From an uncultured bacterium (GTDB taxonomy: Bacteria; Hydrogenedentota; Hydrogenedentia; Hydrogenedentales; JAEUWI01): a stretch of 27,563 nt of DNA. Of this stretch, positions 9,245-18,606 are shown piece by piece. Every line of letters starts with the position of its first letter. The stretch's first letter is position 1. A program made the translations under genes and the position numbers. Below the pieces are notes generated by a model. That model saw only the letters and a list, made by a program, of their open reading frames with translations, did no database searches and was not told where the DNA came from. The stretch spans positions 1 to 27,563 of the forward strand of contig CAXBPH010000076.1 of assembly GCA_963977445.1 (NCBI GenBank). The letters run 5' to 3'.

Positions 9245-12200
9245 TTGGCAGAGATTCTTACGTTGACCCTCATCAATTTTGTTCAGAATTTATCTTTTCT
9301 GGCCGCACTGAGTGTGGTCTCAGGCTTTATCGGGCACCGATGGCCACATCGGATCGGTGAAGTGTGCCAGGGCCTTCTTTTTGGGGCCGTGGCCGTCATT
9401 GGCATGTTGAATCCCATGGAGTTAGCGCCGGGGCTTTTTTTTGATGGCCGCTCCGTCGTTATCAGCCTGTGCGCGCTCTACTTTGGTCCCCTATCCACGA
9501 TAGTCGCGGTGGTGATGGCCGCCGGATGCCGCATTATGCAGGGAGGGATCGGCACCTATAGTGGTGTTGCCGTCGTCATCAGCTCCGCCCTCATTGGGTT
9601 GATTTTTCACTATCGGCCCCGGTCTACACGCTACATCGGGTCGGTTGAATTGGTCGGGTTCGGGGCCTGTGTTCATATAAGCATGCTATTGATCATGCTG
9701 ACGTTGCCTGCCGGGATCGGGTGGTATGTGTTGCGCCAGGTAGGACTTCATGTTGCGCTGACCTTTCCCATTGCCACGGTTATTATCGGGAAAATACTCT
9801 CTGATCAAGAGCTCAGGCGGCACCATTTCGAGGAGCTTCAGGAAAGTAACAATCGTTTTCGGGCGACTCTTTACGCGATTGGTGATGGGGCAATTACGAT
9901 AGACCGTGGCGGTACAATCCGTTGGATGAATTCCAATGCAGAGAAACTGACGGGGTGGTTCGAGTCGGAGGCACGCATTGCCGGATTGGAGTCGGTATAC
10001 CGACTGCTCGACGAGAATTCGCACGGGGACGTAAAAAGTCCGCTTGAACGGGTCCTCGATATTGAATCCCCCGGGGCAGCGGAAGGGGACTATCTACTAC
10101 GCGCCCGTGACGGTTCCGAGCACCCCATTTCGGAGAGCATTGCGCCAATTCTTGATGACGCAGGCAACATTTGGGGTGTCATTCTGGTTTTTCGTGATCA
10201 GTCCTTTGCCCGGAAGTCAGAACGGGAAGCACGGGAGAATCAGCGGCGACTTCAAATGTCCCTCGAAGCGGCGAAAGTGGGCACTTGGGAGATTGATTTT
10301 ACCACGAGAACAGCGAACCGCTCATTGCAGCATGACCAGATATTCGGATATCCAGAGGGCGTGAAAGATTGGGACTTTGCACGTTTCCTGGGCCATGTCC
10401 ATCCAGATGACAAGGAAGTCGTTCGAGAATCGTTCGTCAGGAGTCTTAAAACAGGTGAGGATTGGCGATTGGAGTGTCGCATCATCTGGGTAGATGCTTC
10501 TGTTCACCATATTTGGGGTCGCGGTGGTTTGATTGTCGATGACGACGACGTTCCTTCCCACATGATCGGTCTGGTAGGAGACTCAACCGAGCGTTATCAC
10601 CAGGATGCTCGAATACGTCAACAAAAGGCGTTGCTTGACATCGCCAGTCGAATCGGTCGCATTGGCGGCTGGAGTATTGATCTGCCCAACATGCGATTGG
10701 AGTGGTCTGAGCCCGTCTGTACCATTCTCGGTGAAGCGCCCGGTACGGATGGGACGTTGGAACGGGCTCTCAGTTATATGCCTCCGAACTTTCGAGAGGA
10801 ACTTGATCTGGAATTTAAACGGTGTGTTGAGGAAGGGATGCCTTTCGACTTTGAAAATGAGCTAGAAAATGCGATTGGAGAAAAAGTCTGGGTCCGCATT
10901 ATCGGCGAGGCGGAACGGGATGACACAGACACCATAGTACGTATACGAGGTGCCTTGCAGGACGTGACGGAGCGAAAACGTTTTGAGAGCAGCTTGAGCG
11001 AAAGTGAGAAGCGGTTCCGCCAGCTTGCCGATGCGATGCCCCTGATCGTGTGGACAGCCGGTGCCGATGGCAACGTGGACTATGCCAATCGGGCGCTCCT
11101 TGCTTACGCCGGCATGTCGCTCGACGAGCCGGCGGTGGACGGCTGGTTGTCCTTTTTGCACCCGGATGATGTTGAGAGGAGTCTTTCTGTATGGATGGAA
11201 GCGGTTCGCACTGAATCCACCTATTCGAACGAGTTTCGGCTTAGAAATAATGAGGGCGTTTACCGATGGCATGTGGCCAAAGGTATACCGATTCGCGACG
11301 AAATGGGGCACATTACAAAATGGTATGGCACCGTTACAGATATCCATGATAGTCGCTTGATTGAGGAAAAATTGAGGCTTCTTGCAGCGCGTCTTACCAG
11401 CACCTTGGAAAGCATTACAGATGCCTTCTTTATGGTAGATAAACAATGGTGTTTCCTGTATTTAAACCCAAAGGCGGCCCATTTCCTGAATAGAAATGCA
11501 GACGAGTTGGTCGGAAAGAACCTCTGGGAAGAATTTCCTGATGTGGTGGGCACCCAATCGGAGACGGAGTATCGTCGGGCACTGACCGAGCAAATTGCGG
11601 TAGAATTTGAAACCTACTACGACCCCATCGAGATATGGTTTGAAGTCCGTGCTTTTCCGTCCGAAGGAGGGCTGGCGGTTTACTGTCGCGACATAACGGA
11701 GAAAAAACGTAGTGAAGAAACGCAGTCGTCCCTGGAGGACCAGCTGCGGCAGTCTCAGAAAATGGAAGCGGTGGGTCGCCTCGCCGGCGGCGTCGCCCAT
11801 GACTTTAACAACATGTTGAGCGTGATTTTGGGCTATTCCGACATCTTGCTTTCCAATAGCGATTTTCCCGAAGTGATGAGAGATGACTTGATCGCTATCC
11901 ACTCGGCCGCAGAGCGATCGGCCTCCCTTACCAATCAGTTGCTCGCCTATGCCCGAAAACAGCCTATCGCTCCGAAACTTCTTGATTTGAATGAGACCGT
12001 ACCCGAGATGTTGAAGTTGATGCGGCGGGTTGTTGGAGAAGATATAGGGCTACTGTGGGCACCCTGTGAGTCCTTGTGGACGGTCAGTATCGATCCCAGC
12101 CAGTTGGATCAGATTCTGGCCAATCTTATCGTCAATGCGCGGGATGTTTTGGATAGCTCGGGCAATATCATCATTGAAACGGAAAACGTACGTTTCGACA

Positions 12201-12901
12201 CGGAATATTGCGAGTCCCATCCAGACACGTTACCCGGCGAATTCGCCATGCTCGTGGTAAGCGATAACGGCCGGGGTATGGATCGGGGTACGCTGGCCAT
12301 GGTCTTTGAACCATTCTTTACGACCAAGGCGCAGGGTGAAGGCACGGGACTCGGTTTGGCTACGGTATACGGAATTGTGAAGCAGAATAACGGATTTATC
12401 AATGTCTATAGTGAGCCTGGAAGCGGTACAACCTTTCGGATTTACCTGCCCCGTCATGAGCTATCAGAGCAAGGAGCGGCACCCCTTAAGCGTCTGGAGA
12501 ACGAAGCCATTCACTCTGAGACGGTGTTGCTGCTCGAAGATGAAGGTGCTTTGCTGGCACTCGGTGTCCGCCTTTTGGAAAAGCTGGGATACAAAGTGCT
12601 TTCGGCGTCTACGCCCGGCGAAGCCTTGGCCATCGCCGAGGAATACCAGGGAGAAATCAATCTCCTGATTACCGATGTTATTATGCCCAAGATGAGTGGG
12701 GGAGAAGTGGCCGCCGAGGTCCGTAAGCTACGACCTGATATAGCCATCCTATACGTTTCCGGCTACACGGCAGATGTGATCGCCGACCATGGGGTGCTTG
12801 ACGACCACGTACATTTTCTCTCCAAACCATTTCAAGTGCGTTCGCTTGCGCAAAAGATTCGAGAGGTCCTCGGAGATTCGCCATCGGAGTCTACCCACTG
12901 A
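9245..12901 (+). CDS. Hybrid sensor histidine kinase (5TM-5TMR_LYT-like membrane domain, about 5 PAS domains, HisKA, HATPase, REC)
   Basis: N-terminal TM region with FDGRS..LYFGP; PAS/PAC repeats (VHPDD, LHPDD, DVTERK); H-box AGGVAHDFNNML; NARD, DNGRGM, FEPFFTTK and GTGLGL; C-terminal receiver LITDVIMP..SGY..KPF. Confidence 0.95.
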   Translation: MAEILTLTLINFVQNLSFLAALSVVSGFIGHRWPHRIGEVCQGLLFGAVAVIGMLNPMELAPGLFFDGRSVVISLCALYFGPLSTIVAVVMAAGCRIMQGGIGTYSGVAVVISSALIGLIFHYRPRSTRYIGSVELVGFGACVHISMLLIMLTLPAGIGWYVLRQVGLHVALTFPIATVIIGKILSDQELRRHHFEELQESNNRFRATLYAIGDGAITIDRGGTIRWMNSNAEKLTGWFESEARIAGLESVYRLLDENSHGDVKSPLERVLDIESPGAAEGDYLLRARDGSEHPISESIAPILDDAGNIWGVILVFRDQSFARKSEREARENQRRLQMSLEAAKVGTWEIDFTTRTANRSLQHDQIFGYPEGVKDWDFARFLGHVHPDDKEVVRESFVRSLKTGEDWRLECRIIWVDASVHHIWGRGGLIVDDDDVPSHMIGLVGDSTERYHQDARIRQQKALLDIASRIGRIGGWSIDLPNMRLEWSEPVCTILGEAPGTDGTLERALSYMPPNFREELDLEFKRCVEEGMPFDFENELENAIGEKVWVRIIGEAERDDTDTIVRIRGALQDVTERKRFESSLSESEKRFRQLADAMPLIVWTAGADGNVDYANRALLAYAGMSLDEPAVDGWLSFLHPDDVERSLSVWMEAVRTESTYSNEFRLRNNEGVYRWHVAKGIPIRDEMGHITKWYGTVTDIHDSRLIEEKLRLLAARLTSTLESITDAFFMVDKQWCFLYLNPKAAHFLNRNADELVGKNLWEEFPDVVGTQSETEYRRALTEQIAVEFETYYDPIEIWFEVRAFPSEGGLAVYCRDITEKKRSEETQSSLEDQLRQSQKMEAVGRLAGGVAHDFNNMLSVILGYSDILLSNSDFPEVMRDDLIAIHSAAERSASLTNQLLAYARKQPIAPKLLDLNETVPEMLKLMRRVVGEDIGLLWAPCESLWTVSIDPSQLDQILANLIVNARDVLDSSGNIIIETENVRFDTEYCESHPDTLPGEFAMLVVSDNGRGMDRGTLAMVFEPFFTTKAQGEGTGLGLATVYGIVKQNNGFINVYSEPGSGTTFRIYLPRHELSEQGAAPLKRLENEAIHSETVLLLEDEGALLALGVRLLEKLGYKVLSASTPGEALAIAEEYQGEINLLITDVIMPKMSGGEVAAEVRKLRPDIAILYVSGYTADVIADHGVLDDHVHFLSKPFQVRSLAQKIREVLGDSPSESTH

Positions 12902-12989
12902 GATATCAGAAGTGGAAATAACGACCCTACCCGGTGCGCAGTCAAATCCCCTCTGATGTTGCCCTGTCGCTGGCTGCTGTCAGCTTGTA

Positions 12990-14021
12990 TTAGCTACAGG
13001 CGATTGGAGCAAATGATTGTTGCTTCATTTCGCAGAGAGAGGCCAATACGTTCCGCGCACCAGCAAAGGGTCTGCGGCCATGCATGACGATGGTGTTATC
13101 GATGAGCGCGACATCACCTGCAATCCACTCCGCATCGAAGGACAACTCTTCAGACAGGGCGACCGCACGAAGTACGGCATTCGAATCCAGGTTGGAGCCG
13201 TCTCCATGTCGAATAGCGCATGACGGGTCATTACGGCTGTCTTTCCAGCCACCATAGGCTGCGATGAGTTGATTGAAGAATGTATGTCGTCCCGGTGCGA
13301 CTTCCATAACGGCCGGTAGCTGGGGTGTGGTTGCCCGTAGTGCATCATCCCCAAGCCATTCAAAGGCATAGTTCAATTCGGTGAGCCGGGCTTCAGCGTC
13401 GTCTTTACATACTACACCCAGGGTACTCCGCCAACTGCGGCCCGTAGACGAGTTCGGATCATTTTCCACAGGCATGACGTAGCTATACTGTAATCCTTTT
13501 TTTGTACAATCGCGAACGAAGTCGGGGCACTCATCAATCAGACGGTTATAAAGCCAGTCAGAGCGACAGAAGGGTGTGGCGCCGCCACGATCAGCGGGTT
13601 TCTCACAGAAGAACATGAGCCACTTGGGATAGTGCGGTGTTTGCGCCATTTCATGATGGAACAAGATGTCTTCCCCGGGAGGGGACTCATTCGCGGTAAC
13701 AACCCGTTCTGTTTTGCTAGTTCGCACCGCGCTGGAAAGGGATTTCTCGTAGGGGAAATTTTCCAGTGCCAGGCCAGCGATGAAGGTATCAAAATCTTCC
13801 GCGTTACGGAGGGGAAAATCCCGAAAAAGTACGGCCCCATGATCGGTCGCTTGAGCAAGCAGTTCATCCCGCCGTTCTGCAACCCAGTCCGCTGCTTGTT
13901 TCGCCGAGCCCTGTGGACTCTGGCAACGATACACAAAGGGAAATACGTTCCCGTCCCGCTCCTGTTGTCTGGCGATCATGGCGGCCAGTACGTCAAAAGA
14001 AGTGGCTTCGTCTCCGTTCAT
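12990..14021 (-). CDS. TauD/TfdA-family Fe(II)/2-oxoglutarate dioxygenase (clavaminate synthase-like)
   Basis: HGAVLFRDF, FHHEMAQ, FFCEKPA..GGATP, FFNQ and GDVALIDN..MHGRRPF motifs. GGGAGAG SD supports a start at 14021. Confidence 0.9.
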   Translation of the reverse strand: MNGDEATSFDVLAAMIARQQERDGNVFPFVYRCQSPQGSAKQAADWVAERRDELLAQATDHGAVLFRDFPLRNAEDFDTFIAGLALENFPYEKSLSSAVRTSKTERVVTANESPPGEDILFHHEMAQTPHYPKWLMFFCEKPADRGGATPFCRSDWLYNRLIDECPDFVRDCTKKGLQYSYVMPVENDPNSSTGRSWRSTLGVVCKDDAEARLTELNYAFEWLGDDALRATTPQLPAVMEVAPGRHTFFNQLIAAYGGWKDSRNDPSCAIRHGDGSNLDSNAVLRAVALSEELSFDAEWIAGDVALIDNTIVMHGRRPFAGARNVLASLCEMKQQSFAPIACS

Positions 14022-14070
14022 CGTGCTCTCCCACGTTACTACGCAGCGCATCTACGACGAGCTCACCTGC

Positions 14071-15045
14071 TCAGGGAACAGCCTCCCCCCGTGCGGCTTC
14101 AAGCAGTTCATACCACTGCTGTCGTGAAAGGACCACGTCATCCGCCGGAACACTATCACGAATACGTTGTTCATTGAGGGTGCCGATAATCGGTTGAATC
14201 CCAATTGGGTGACGGAGCAGCCAAGCCAGCGCTATTGCGTCGTCGGAAGTTTTAAACTTTTTGGCCAATGCGGCGATTTGAATTGCCAGCGTATGGCTGA
14301 GTCCGGCACCTGTCGGATCCTTGCCGAAGACCTTGCCACCGGCTGTAGGCGACCAGGCCTGAATCATTATGGCGTGCAGTCGACAAAAGTCGAGGAGGCC
14401 GTCATTACTCGCGTAATCGCAGCCGGTCATATTGGCCAGAACGCCACCGCTTATGAGACTGTGATGGCGTAGGCTGAGTTCAAGTTGATTGAGCACAATA
14501 GGCTGGCGCACATGTTTTTGCAGTAAGGCAATCTGGTCCGTCGTATGGTTGCTCACCCCGAGATGAAGAAACTTCCCGGCCTGATGGAGCTTATCCAATG
14601 CGGCAGCCACCTCTTCATACTCCACGAGTAGATCGGGTCGATGGAGGGTGAGAATTTCAACCCGATCGGTGCCCAGTCGGCCTAGACTTCCCTCGACGGA
14701 CTTAGTAATATGATCCGCGCTGAAATCGTAGCGTCCTGGAGGACCGAAATCAGGATCAGAGCCGATGATAATGCCGCATTTCTCCTGGAGGACCAGTTGG
14801 TCCCGGAGGGATGAATTGTTCTTGAGGGCATAGCCGACCACCTCATCTGATTTACCCAAGGTGTAAATATCGGCCAGGTCGATGTGGTTTATGCCACACT
14901 CCACTGCGGTGGTCAGAAGTCGCAGGGCCCGTTGCTTCAACGCATCGGTCGGGGGCGTTTTATCCCAGGTGCCGCCCATGTGCCAGGTACCATAGGCCAA
15001 TCGTGATATTTTCAGGTCTGTGTTTGGAAGGGTATAGCTATTCAT
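14071..15045 (-). CDS. Aldo/keto reductase (YdhF/YcsN-like)
   Basis: SRLAYGTW, DLADIY, EKCGI, LHRPD, GVSN, NQLELS, QAWSP and AWLLRHP..PIIGT motifs. Confidence 0.93.
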   Translation of the reverse strand: MNSYTLPNTDLKISRLAYGTWHMGGTWDKTPPTDALKQRALRLLTTAVECGINHIDLADIYTLGKSDEVVGYALKNNSSLRDQLVLQEKCGIIIGSDPDFGPPGRYDFSADHITKSVEGSLGRLGTDRVEILTLHRPDLLVEYEEVAAALDKLHQAGKFLHLGVSNHTTDQIALLQKHVRQPIVLNQLELSLRHHSLISGGVLANMTGCDYASNDGLLDFCRLHAIMIQAWSPTAGGKVFGKDPTGAGLSHTLAIQIAALAKKFKTSDDAIALAWLLRHPIGIQPIIGTLNEQRIRDSVPADDVVLSRQQWYELLEAARGEAVP

Positions 15046-15252
15046 ACAATCCAATCGTTACGACCGTCCTGTGCCGATAGGAGTACACTGCCTTGAGACC
15101 CCGTCTATCGACGTTCCGGTCTACAGGCACTATAGCCCTCGATAGCGCTTTTTTCAACCTGGTTTGATGGGGAAAGAACCTTGTATGTATCACGGAATGT
15201 CGCGGGATTTTGAGTGGCCCCAGCGAGGGAAAAGGTTTCGATACAAAGAAAT

Positions 15253-15281
15253 TCGACATTCAGTTGGTTTTGGCGTATCAT
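15253..15281 (+). promoter_or_regulatory. Sigma70-type promoter upstream of the PurH-N domain gene and purD
   Basis: TCGACA-17 nt-TATCAT, about 55 nt before the ATG at 15338. Confidence 0.5.
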
Positions 15282-15337
15282 TTGTATCCTTTTACTTTTG
15301 TAGGCCCCTGATCCAAAAAAAACTGGGAGGGTTTGTA

Positions 15338-15943
15338 ATGCCCGCTATACAACGCGCCATATTGAGCTGTTATGACAAGACCGGTATCGTCGACCTGGCC
15401 TCTCTTCTGATCGAATTCGGAGTGGAGATCATCAGCACGTCCGGCACGTTGCGCGTCTTACGTGATGCGGGTATTGAAGCCACCAGCATCGAAGATTTTA
15501 CCGGGGTACCCGAGCTGATGGGAGGCCGTGTCAAATCGTTGCACCCCAAAGTTCATGCGGGGCTCCTTGGCCTGCGGGACAACAAGCTCCACTCCGAGCA
15601 AATGCAATCCTATGAGATGGAGTGGGTCGATATGCTGGTGGTGAACATGCAGCCCCTGAGTTCGCTCATCGCCCAGCCCGGCATCACCACCGAAGAAGTA
15701 TTCAATCAGACGGATATTGGCGGTGTGGCCATGCTGCGGTCAGTGGCGAAGAATTTTCGCTATGTGACCTGCGTGGTCAAGCCCGAGCGTTACGCCTCGG
15801 TGATGCATGAATTACGTGCCCACGATGGTGAAATGACCTTCGCTACCCGGTATCGTCTAGCCCAGGAGGCATTCACCCTCACGGCAGATTACGATCGGTC
15901 TATCGCCGACTTCCTCCGGGAAACGGAACCGCCCGTCGCCTGA
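15338..15943 (+). CDS. purH: Stand-alone IMP-cyclohydrolase/MGS-like domain (N-terminal half of PurH only), 201 aa
   Basis: RAILSCYDKTG, STSGT, GGRVKSLHPKVH, DIGGVAMLRSVAKNF and AFTLTADYD motifs. It stops before the AICAR transformylase domain. GGGAGG SD supports a start at 15338. Confidence 0.85.
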   Translation: MPAIQRAILSCYDKTGIVDLASLLIEFGVEIISTSGTLRVLRDAGIEATSIEDFTGVPELMGGRVKSLHPKVHAGLLGLRDNKLHSEQMQSYEMEWVDMLVVNMQPLSSLIAQPGITTEEVFNQTDIGGVAMLRSVAKNFRYVTCVVKPERYASVMHELRAHDGEMTFATRYRLAQEAFTLTADYDRSIADFLRETEPPVA

Positions 15944-16098
15944 TGTACCGTGATTCAACGATGAAGTCCCTTTCATGGCTTCGTTCTTTGGGTGAGGTGC
16001 CTTGGTGTGGGTTCCTTTTTGGAGCGCTACAGCGTTTCACCAATGAATGTCGACCATCCATCTAAAATCGATGCAATCCAATTATTTAAGGAATGAGA

Positions 16099-17379
16099 AT
16101 GAATATTCTGGTACTGGGCGGTGGTGGACGGGAGCATGCAATGGCCTGGAAGGCTGCCCAAAGCCCGAAGGCGACCCATATCTATTGTGCCCCTGGTAAC
16201 CCGGGCATGGCCGGTCTGGACAAGGCCACGTGTCTCGCGGTCGATGCCGAAGATTTTGATGCCGTCATCGCCTTGGTTAAGGAAAAGAACATTCAAATGG
16301 TCCTTGTTGGACCAGAAGCCCCACTCGCCGCCGGTATCGTAGATGCGCTGGAGGGCACGGGTGCCATGGTATTTGGCCCTTGTAAGGCCGCTGCCCGTCT
16401 GGAGGCGAGCAAGGCCTTTGCCAAGGAATTCATGGCCCGCCACGAGATCCCTACCGCTCCCTACCAGGCCTTCACCGATGCGGGCAAAGCCCGTGCCTAT
16501 GTGGAAGCACTGGGGGCCCCCCTGGTGATTAAGGCGGATGGCCTTGCTGCCGGCAAAGGTGTAACGGTCGCAATGGACAAAGAAACAGCGCTCCAGGCCA
16601 TTGATGATGCCATGGTAACGGGTGTTTTCGGGGACGCGGGAAGCAGCATTATTATCGAGGGCTTTCTGGACGGCGAAGAAGCTTCCATACTTGCCTTTTG
16701 TGATGGCAAGACGGTCGTCCCGATGGCATCGAGCCAGGACCACAAGGCCGCCCTGGATGGCGATCTCGGACCCAATACGGGCGGCATGGGGGCCTATTCA
16801 CCGGCCCCCGTCGTTACCGACGCGATGATGGCCGCAATTCAGCGGACCGTGCTGGAGCCCTGCGTAGCCGGTATGGTAGCCGATGGCACACCCTACATCG
16901 GGGTGCTCTATGCGGGTCTCATGATTACCAAAGACGGCCCCAAAGTCGTGGAATTCAATTGTCGTTTTGGCGATCCGGAAACCCAGGTGGTGTTGCCACG
17001 GTTGACGACCGACCTTGTAGACGTGGTTACGGCCTGCTGCACGGGTACACTGGACGAAATCGCTCTTGAATATACCACCGACGTCTGTGCAACGGTTGTC
17101 ATGGCGAGTGAGGGGTACCCCGGCAATTATCCGAAGGGCAAGGCCATTACCGGCATTACTGACGCAGAAGCAGACGGAAGCGCGCTGGTGTTCCATGCAG
17201 GCACCCGGCTAGAAGACGATACCCTGGTTACGAGTGGGGGACGGGTACTAACGGTGACCGCCCTCGGCGCAAGCATGGGGGAGACGTTAGCGCGGGCCTA
17301 TGCCGGGGTGGAGAAAATCCATTTTGACGGAGCCCAATTCCGAAAGGATATTGGACAAAAAGCGTTTCGCCATTTATAA
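16099..17379 (+). CDS. purD: Phosphoribosylamine-glycine ligase
   Basis: LGGGGREHA, APGNPG, VGPEAPL, KADGLAAGKGV, GPNTGGMGAYSP, EFNCRFGDPETQ and GGRVL motifs. The start is 16099 or 16093. Confidence 0.98.
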   Translation: MNILVLGGGGREHAMAWKAAQSPKATHIYCAPGNPGMAGLDKATCLAVDAEDFDAVIALVKEKNIQMVLVGPEAPLAAGIVDALEGTGAMVFGPCKAAARLEASKAFAKEFMARHEIPTAPYQAFTDAGKARAYVEALGAPLVIKADGLAAGKGVTVAMDKETALQAIDDAMVTGVFGDAGSSIIIEGFLDGEEASILAFCDGKTVVPMASSQDHKAALDGDLGPNTGGMGAYSPAPVVTDAMMAAIQRTVLEPCVAGMVADGTPYIGVLYAGLMITKDGPKVVEFNCRFGDPETQVVLPRLTTDLVDVVTACCTGTLDEIALEYTTDVCATVVMASEGYPGNYPKGKAITGITDAEADGSALVFHAGTRLEDDTLVTSGGRVLTVTALGASMGETLARAYAGVEKIHFDGAQFRKDIGQKAFRHL

Positions 17380-17415
17380 GATTCGGGCGTCTCTGGACGT
17401 CGAGTAAAAATGGAA

Positions 17416-17449
17416 ACACCCCCTTGACACATGGGACGTCAGGGGGTGT
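17416..17449. terminator. Hairpin between convergent purD and REC-GGDEF genes, probably a bidirectional terminator
   Basis: ACACCCCC(T)TGAC...GTCAGGGGGTGT stem. A T-rich tail follows on the minus strand and a pyrimidine-rich tail on the plus strand. Confidence 0.65.
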
Positions 17450-17466
17450 CCTTCTGAAAGGGGCTT

Positions 17467-18405
17467 TCAGAAACTGGATTCGGTCTGGGTGTTGAGGTCT
17501 TTGGCATGAAGCCGTTTGTCCTCGTAGCTCTTCGCCTTTAACAGGCCTTGCATTGCTTCACCCAGAATATGGTCGGCGCCCTTCGCAGCACCATTGCGAC
17601 AGGAGACAATTCCGAAGCGCAAATTGGCCTGTGTGGGACAACAGGGGTCATTGAAGGTAATGGTACTGATCTCGTTATTAATCTTCTGCGCGTACTGCAC
17701 GGCTTCTTCGATTAAGGCGTGGGGGAGTACTGCGGCAAAAAGCGCGCCATCGTAGCGAGCGAGAATATCGTAATTGCGGGAGCTGTTGCGCATCGCCATG
17801 GCGACCTCAACCAGGATATCATCGAGGGCAGCCGTACCCACTTCAGCATCGAGGGCCTTCGTATCATCCACATCAAGCATGAGACAGGAGACGGGATAAT
17901 CGTAGCGGTGGGCTTTTTCCACTTCTTCCTGAAGTCGCTCCAACAGGAATCGGCTGTTTCGCAAACCGGTAAGCTGATCGGTGTATGCTGAATCCATCAT
18001 ATCATCCGTTGCAGGAATTTCGTCTCGGGATTGAATTGTTCTCATCAGGGCCTCTATCCGTATCATCACGACAGGCAAATTGAATGGTTTTGCGATAAAA
18101 TCACACGCACCTAAATTATACCCGCGAATCACGTTTTCTGCATCACTGTGGGCCGTGACAAAAATAACTGGCAAGCTGGCTGTAGCCGGGTCTGCCTTTA
18201 ATTGTTGACAAACCGCGTAGCCGTCCATATCCGGGAGCTCAACATCGAGCAAAAGAACATCCACCTTGCCCTTACGGCAAAGATCCAACGCTTCTTGTCC
18301 CGTATATGCAGAAAGAGCATGGTAATTGCTCAGGCGTAAGCCCATACAAAGCAGGTCATTCTCATCCACGCTATCGTCCGCGACACATACAGTGAATTGT
18401 TCCAC
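17467..18405 (-). CDS. Response regulator with a degenerate GGDEF domain
   Basis: Intact receiver (VADD, LLDVELP, FVTA, KPF), then TDQLTGL. The GGDEF site reads RYDGALF; the RxxD site RNYD is retained. Confidence 0.9.
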   Translation of the reverse strand: MEQFTVCVADDSVDENDLLCMGLRLSNYHALSAYTGQEALDLCRKGKVDVLLLDVELPDMDGYAVCQQLKADPATASLPVIFVTAHSDAENVIRGYNLGACDFIAKPFNLPVVMIRIEALMRTIQSRDEIPATDDMMDSAYTDQLTGLRNSRFLLERLQEEVEKAHRYDYPVSCLMLDVDDTKALDAEVGTAALDDILVEVAMAMRNSSRNYDILARYDGALFAAVLPHALIEEAVQYAQKINNEISTITFNDPCCPTQANLRFGIVSCRNGAAKGADHILGEAMQGLLKAKSYEDKRLHAKDLNTQTESSF

Positions 18406-18606
18406 GTCAATCCCCCAGGTCCGGTTTCATAGATGTACTCCCTCTGTATAGGCTAATCGACGCAAGTTTACCTGATTTACAAGAATTTCGCAAGCCTAGC
18501 ACCACCATTTCGGGGCCTGTTTGTGTCACATTGGGGAAGTTACATACAATCAGTTCCGTCGGGAGCCCACGTAGATGGCTTTCCCAAGAGAGGTAATAGC
18601 AATACG

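Noticed and set aside
12990..14021. HxE instead of HxD iron-binding motif in the TauD-like protein
   Set aside because: HxE is normal for clavaminate-synthase-like members, so it is not unusual.
15060..15337. Riboswitch upstream of purH-N/purD
   Set aside because: No ZTP or purine consensus is visible, and the candidate promoter leaves only about 50 nt of leader.
15944..16092. Frameshifted remainder of purH
   Set aside because: It is far too short and has no transformylase motif. Only a weak hairpin (about 15960-15990) is present.
16027..16743. Long antisense ORFs (238 aa here; also 8343..9044, 10862..11446, 19833..20486 and 23404..23976)
   Set aside because: They are opposite-strand or alternate-frame shadows of well-supported genes in GC-rich DNA, with no family motifs.
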